From the NCBI RefSeq assembly GCF_009914755.1, contig NC_060936.1: a DNA stretch of 64,000 nucleotides; one strand, 5' to 3'. The notes below the pieces were generated by a model. It made no database searches. It was given only the letters and a program-made list of their open reading frames with translations, and was not told where the DNA came from. A program made the position numbers and the translations under genes. Positions 58,756 through 64,000 of the stretch are shown one piece after another. This stretch comes from the human T2T-CHM13v2.0 reference genome, Homo sapiens. The first letter of the stretch is position 1, and each line of letters begins with the position of its first letter.

Positions 58756-59103
58756 AGTGCCTCTTCTGCCTGATGTGGTGTCTCCAAAGTGCTTTCTTCT
58801 AGAATTCAATTCAACCTAAAAATATTCTGGTCACTCGTAACTTAACAATAGCATAATAATAACTAGCATTTATTGACTGTTTGCTCAGTGCTGGGTCCTG
58901 TCCCAAATGCTTTCTATGCATCAACTCTTTTTAGACTCCAAAAGTATTTTAGGCTGATTGCATTGTTTGATATACCACTTAGAATTATTTAAAACTCAGA
59001 AGAAGGATGGTGATAGCTAAAAAGTCCCATCGTAGCTGCTTCACTATTGTCAAGATGTTTTGGTCTCTGAGTAAAATTCTGAGAATAATCATTGGGGATC
59101 ATA

Positions 59104-59153
59104 ACACACACACACACACGCATATATATATATATGCGTGTGTGTGTGTGTGT
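59104..59153. repeat. Perfect 50-bp palindrome (AC)8-GC-(AT)7-GC-(GT)8
   Basis: Base-by-base reverse-complement symmetry about 59128/59129. Confidence 0.95.
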
Positions 59154-60169
59154 GATGCCTATGTGATTTACCTTAGTTTTTTTAAATTGGGGTGAAATTC
59201 TCATTACTGTAAAATTAGGTATTACCAAGTGAACAATTCAGTGGCATTTGGTACATTCACGATGTTGTGCAAGCAACATGCATTAATTCTTAATCCTTAG
59301 AACAAGCCTATGAGAGAGATGCTATCAGTACTCCTTTTATTTTATCTTATTTTTTAAGAGATGGGGGTCTTGCTTATGTTGCCCAAACTGGTCTTGAACT
59401 CCTGGGCTCAAGCGGTCCTCCCACCTCAGCCTCCCAAAGTGCTGGGATTACTGGTTTGAGCTGTTACACCTGGCTTTAGTATCCCTTTTAAACTGATGAG
59501 ACAACTGAGACACTGTGCAGTTACAGAATAGGTCACAGAGCTAGGCTGTGATAATGCTGGCTCTGAACTTTTTGTTCCTTTCCCCTTCTGCATTTCATGC
59601 ATTTTAATAAATCCAAAATAACATTGAAACTATAAAAAGAACATCTCTAAAAATGGATTTTCTTCTAATGTCGTTTTTTCCTGTTTTGCAGAGACATATC
59701 TTTTTACCTATATTTTCGCTAAATATTGTATCACAAGTATTTTCTTTTTTCCAGCTGTATTTGAGGTATTATTGACACATAAAATTGTATATGTTTAAGG
59801 TGTACAATGTGATGTTTTGATATACAAATATCTTGTGGAATGATTAGCATGATCAAGCTAATTAACACATTCTTGAAATTCGCTGGGAGAGTAGACCTTA
59901 AATGTTCTCAGCACACATAAAAAGTGGTAACTGTGTAAAGTGATGAGACTTTTGTTCCTAACAGTTGTGGTACATCAGCTCCCAGTAAAATAAAATCAGT
60001 TTTCTTTTTTTTCTTTTTTTTTTTTTTGCAAATCTGTCTATGTTTTTAGGAACCTCCTTTCTTTATATGCACAAACTCTGTTAATTGGATGGTATTTTCA
60101 GTTTTGTACCTGATCTTCTGTTCCACGTGTTTATTGTATATATCTGTGTAGTTTATATGGGCAAGTATG

Positions 60170-60380
60170 CCCTAGATTGAAAAACAGCCTGTGGCCCACT
60201 GCTTGTTTTTATAAGTAAAGTTTTATTGTACAGCCGTGTTCATTAGTGTACAATATTGTCCACGGCTGCTTTTCAGCCACAAGAGGAGAGTTGAGTAGTT
60301 GTAACAGCCCTTTATGACCTGGAAAGCCTAAAATATTTCCTGTCTAACTCTTCCCAGAAAAATTCTGCTGAACCTTGCCT
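60170..60380. mobile_element. MER58A-like element
   Basis: taaagttttattg...ggctgcttt...gagttgagtagttgtaacag...aaagcctaaaatattt. Confidence 0.65.
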
Positions 60381-63300
60381 TAGGTAGGGTTGCTTTCTCT
60401 CTCTTGGGCTTAGGAAGGTGAACAGAGAGGGAGAGAATCTTTCCAAGGGAGGCTCTGGAAAGAACAGATTAACCAGTCATCCTCAGTGGGTGCTGAGATG
60501 AATTTTTGACTACTCGGGGATTGTGAGCTAGCCTTTTGTTACTTCTTATGCTAGAAAATGATTCAAAGAAGGCTTAAATGCAGGTGGTTGAAATAGCTCA
60601 TAAACCAGGAGCTGTCTGTAGATCTTTTGGTTCCTGCCTTCCCTGAATAATGGCTTTTCCTTTCACTTATTCAACTAATAATAATTAACCACCTGCCAGT
60701 GTGTGTTCTTACCATGATGCTGTGCTCCTTAAAAACAATTCAACCTCATACATCATGTGCCAATTATATGCCAGTGATTATGCCGAGGCCTTGACAATAG
60801 AACCTCCTACACACTTGGACGATAGTATGCATTTGTTCCTAGAATTCCACGTTGTGATCAAGGCCAAGCACTGTGGGTACAGCTGTGGATAGGACAGCCG
60901 TAGTCTCTGCTTTCAAGGAATTTATGGGGGAGGAGGCAGATGATGAGTAAGTAAACAAGTGAATGGCAAGATAACTTCGGGCAGCATGGTGGTGAACCGG
61001 ACTGGGGGCCTGGGACAGAAAACAAACATTTGTGGCAAAACTGGTGAAATCTCAATCAAATCGGGAGTCTAGTTAATGGTAATGTTAATTTCATTTCTTA
61101 GTTGTTCCCAGTGTACCAGGTTAGGTGAGATGCTAACATTAGGGGAAACTGAGAGAGGGTATATGGAACTGCCTGCACTGTGTTTGCAACCTCTCTGTAA
61201 GTCTAAAATTATTCCAAATAAAGTGTGTGTGTGTAGATACGTGGATGAAAACATGTACACACACACATACATATATACATACACACATGAAGCTGGCTAT
61301 ACTTTTTCAGTATTTTTAAAGCAATTACTTAAATGATACTGTCGTTATTATAAAATTTTTAATAGCAACAGACATACCACTTGGCTAACGATGTATATCT
61401 GAATGTGCCTGATGGACACATGTCTCGCAAGGTTACTCCTGTGCTTTGGAAGCTAAGGAACTTCCCACTTCCTCATTTAATAACTGGATTCGTAAGGGCT
61501 TCGTAAGCTTGAGTGACCCATGCTTTGTTGCCAGGTCTATTCCAGTGACCCCTACCAAGACCCCTGTCCCAATTCGTATATCAGAGAAAAATGAATCTAT
61601 TTCAGGAACCATCAGTCCTCATTATCTCTAATTGGGTCTGGCGGCTGGAGACAGGCCTCATTATTTTTAATTGGGACCCATAGTTCTAGAACGAAACACC
61701 ACCCAGTTTCATGCAGATCATGCCTGGATATTTGCTTGCAAGTTCAAAGTGAAATTGCATTGTGGGATTTCCAGGAAATCACACTATTTTTCTGCCCCTT
61801 TTTTCCCCCAGCTAACTTTACAGTTGTCGTCTTGTGTCGTCAGACTAAAAATAATATTTGAATGGGGACTGTCCGTGTTTATGTCGGAGGGGTTTTTAGC
61901 ATCTGGGTGGTGGTCATGTAGATTTTTCTTTCAAAATTAATGAATATGATAATACGCAGCAATTTGACAGATTGCTCACTTAAGTATCATTTACATACTG
62001 CTTTGGGCATGGCGTTATGCCACGGATAAATTTCCCTTGCTTAAAGACACTCATTTTTGCTCATTTTTCTAATTTACTGTAGAGCAGGCAATCCTTCACA
62101 AATATATATGCTTTCCTGTTTTTTCATCATTATCCTGATGTTGCTAAAATCAGTCAGCACCTGACGCAGGAAATTCATTTTAGAAAATCCATAGCAGAGT
62201 CTGTCTTCACTCACTCTTGATTAGAGTTTTTAGTTGTCCCAGCTCTCCTAATATTTTAACACTCCAAGGCAGCAACACATTCTGTTTTTAATTTTTAACA
62301 TGCTCTTCATCCCACCACATAGACACTGACCTTTCTTTAACAAGCTTGAATGCTTTCCAAGGCCTTTTGGGGACTTGCTTCCACTCAAGGTAGAAGTTCT
62401 GAGATTTGGCATGGGCCGAATCCCTTGAGAGAGTAGGAACAGACTGGGGTGCGGTGGGGCGGGGGTGGGGTGCTGAGAGCCTGAGACATTTTGCCAAACA
62501 TTCAGACACAAAGTCTGGGCCCTCCTCGGAGCCAAGAGCTTCTTGTAAGAAAAGAAGACCACCCTGGAAGGAGGACTTCGGGAGCGGTAGCTTTCACTCT
62601 TTGCTTCCTCAGGGACACTTTTTAGACCTTTCAGGAAAGAGAAAAAGGCTGGGGCAGTCATTCCAGGGAATGTGAGAAGATGGATGGGGCAGTGGTTCAT
62701 CCCTGCAGTTCTCCCGTGCAATTACTCTCCCTCCTGCAAACAGCTTGAAAATGTAGCTCCTGCATGACAGCTGGAGATAAGCTGCTTTTGTCTAATTTGT
62801 TCCTAATGCTTTTGCATTTAGTGCAATTCTGCTGTGTGTATACAGCCTAACCCTCTCATGTTTGAGATCCTCTTGAAATCTCTTTTTGTCTCCAGTACAA
62901 AGATCAGATTTTGGTGCTGTGTGCCTTTGGGTAAGCTATTTAACTCCTCTATGCTTTCATTTCCTTAATTTGAGCACGGGAATAATGTTATAACACAATC
63001 TATCTCATGGGGTGTCGTAAGGAGCAAATGATTTAAAATGTATAAAATACTCAGCACAGTGTCTGGCAGAGAGCAAGTGCTGTACTGGGATTTGCTATCT
63101 AACAGAGAGCAGTAGGATTTTCATGAACCTCAGTCCATTTTAAGCCAACTCCCAAGCTTAAGTTAGAATTGGTCTGCTTACTTGGAAAACAATGTAGTAT
63201 TTGGAAATTGCAGAAGTTCTAAAGTTAAAGGTGATATGTCTGCCAGACAGCTAGAATCCTCCAATAGTGGTCAGAGCCCAGAAACAGGAGATGGGAAGAT

Positions 63301-63549
63301 GACCCCTTCTCTCCTGCCCTTTTCCCCAGGACCAGTTTTGTTTCATCCCGGGCTTGTGGCATTTTGGATGAAGGGGGCCTGCCTTCAGACACAAGCTCTT
63401 CTGGCCCTTCCTAGGGGCAGACATCCTCATGTAGGGCTCAGGCCTAAGGCTGGAAACCAAGAGCTCCTTGTGGCCACAGACCAAGTGCCCTTGTGGCCGT
63501 TCCTGTCAAGGTCATCCATCTGCAACTGCATTGTGCCCTGGTGCAGCTT

Positions 63550-63861
63550 TTCATTTTCATTTTTATTTTCTTAGAGGCCAGGGTCTCGCTCTGTTGCCCA
63601 CGCTGGAGTGCAGTGGTGCAATCCTAGCACACTGCAGCCTCAAACTCCTGGGCTCAGGTGATCCTCTTGCCTCAGCTTCCTGAGTAGCTGAGACTACAGG
63701 CACATGCCACCATAGCTGGCTAATAATTAAAAATTTTTATTGTAGAGATGGGGGTCTCACTATGTTGCCCAAAACTGGTCTCAAAGTCTGGGGCTTAAGC
63801 AGTCCTCCTGCCTTTCTTCCCAAGGTGCTAGGATTACAGGCGTGAGCCACCGTGCCCAGCC
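63550..63861 (-). mobile_element. AluJ
   Basis: Alu match. Confidence 0.88.
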
Positions 63862-64000
63862 TGGTGCAGATCTTAATGCACATTTTTCTACACAAATGTT
63901 CCCCAAAGGCCAAATTTGGTGCCAGGTTTTATATGCAGGTCGACATAATTTGTATTATGACCGCAATTCTATGAAGGTTTTCTTTGGACTTGTTCATTTA

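Overview
Primate (almost certainly human) genomic DNA, rich in Alu, MIR, L2, L1 and MER repeats. It contains one complete protein-coding gene, FOXN4 (forkhead box N4), on the minus strand. A non-coding exon 1 lies in a CpG island at about 40.1-40.25 kb. Nine coding exons (39282 down to 10653) were reconstructed by hand with GT-AG boundaries; they total 1554 nt (517 aa plus stop), and the 3' UTR ends near AATAAA at 8972-8977. The rest of the window is intergenic; from recalled synteny ACACB should lie to the left and MYO1H to the right, but no coding exon of either is visible. The most striking feature is a ~0.9-kb tandem array at the start of intron 8. It holds seven diverged copies of the last ~46 nt of exon 8, six still followed by a GT splice donor, separated by CA-rich spacers. 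Using any of the six intact duplicated donors introduces a premature stop just after the forkhead domain, so the array could act as a decoy or poison splice-site module. Other notable items are a 5' UTR open in frame with the CDS, two NAGNAG acceptors, a possible divergent plus-strand first exon, RFX/MYB/SOX/MEIS motif clusters, a near-perfect 29-bp hairpin, a perfect 50-bp microsatellite palindrome, a twin-primed inverted L1 and an old local duplication. Repeat boundaries and subfamily calls are approximate and made by eye; all functional claims are inference.
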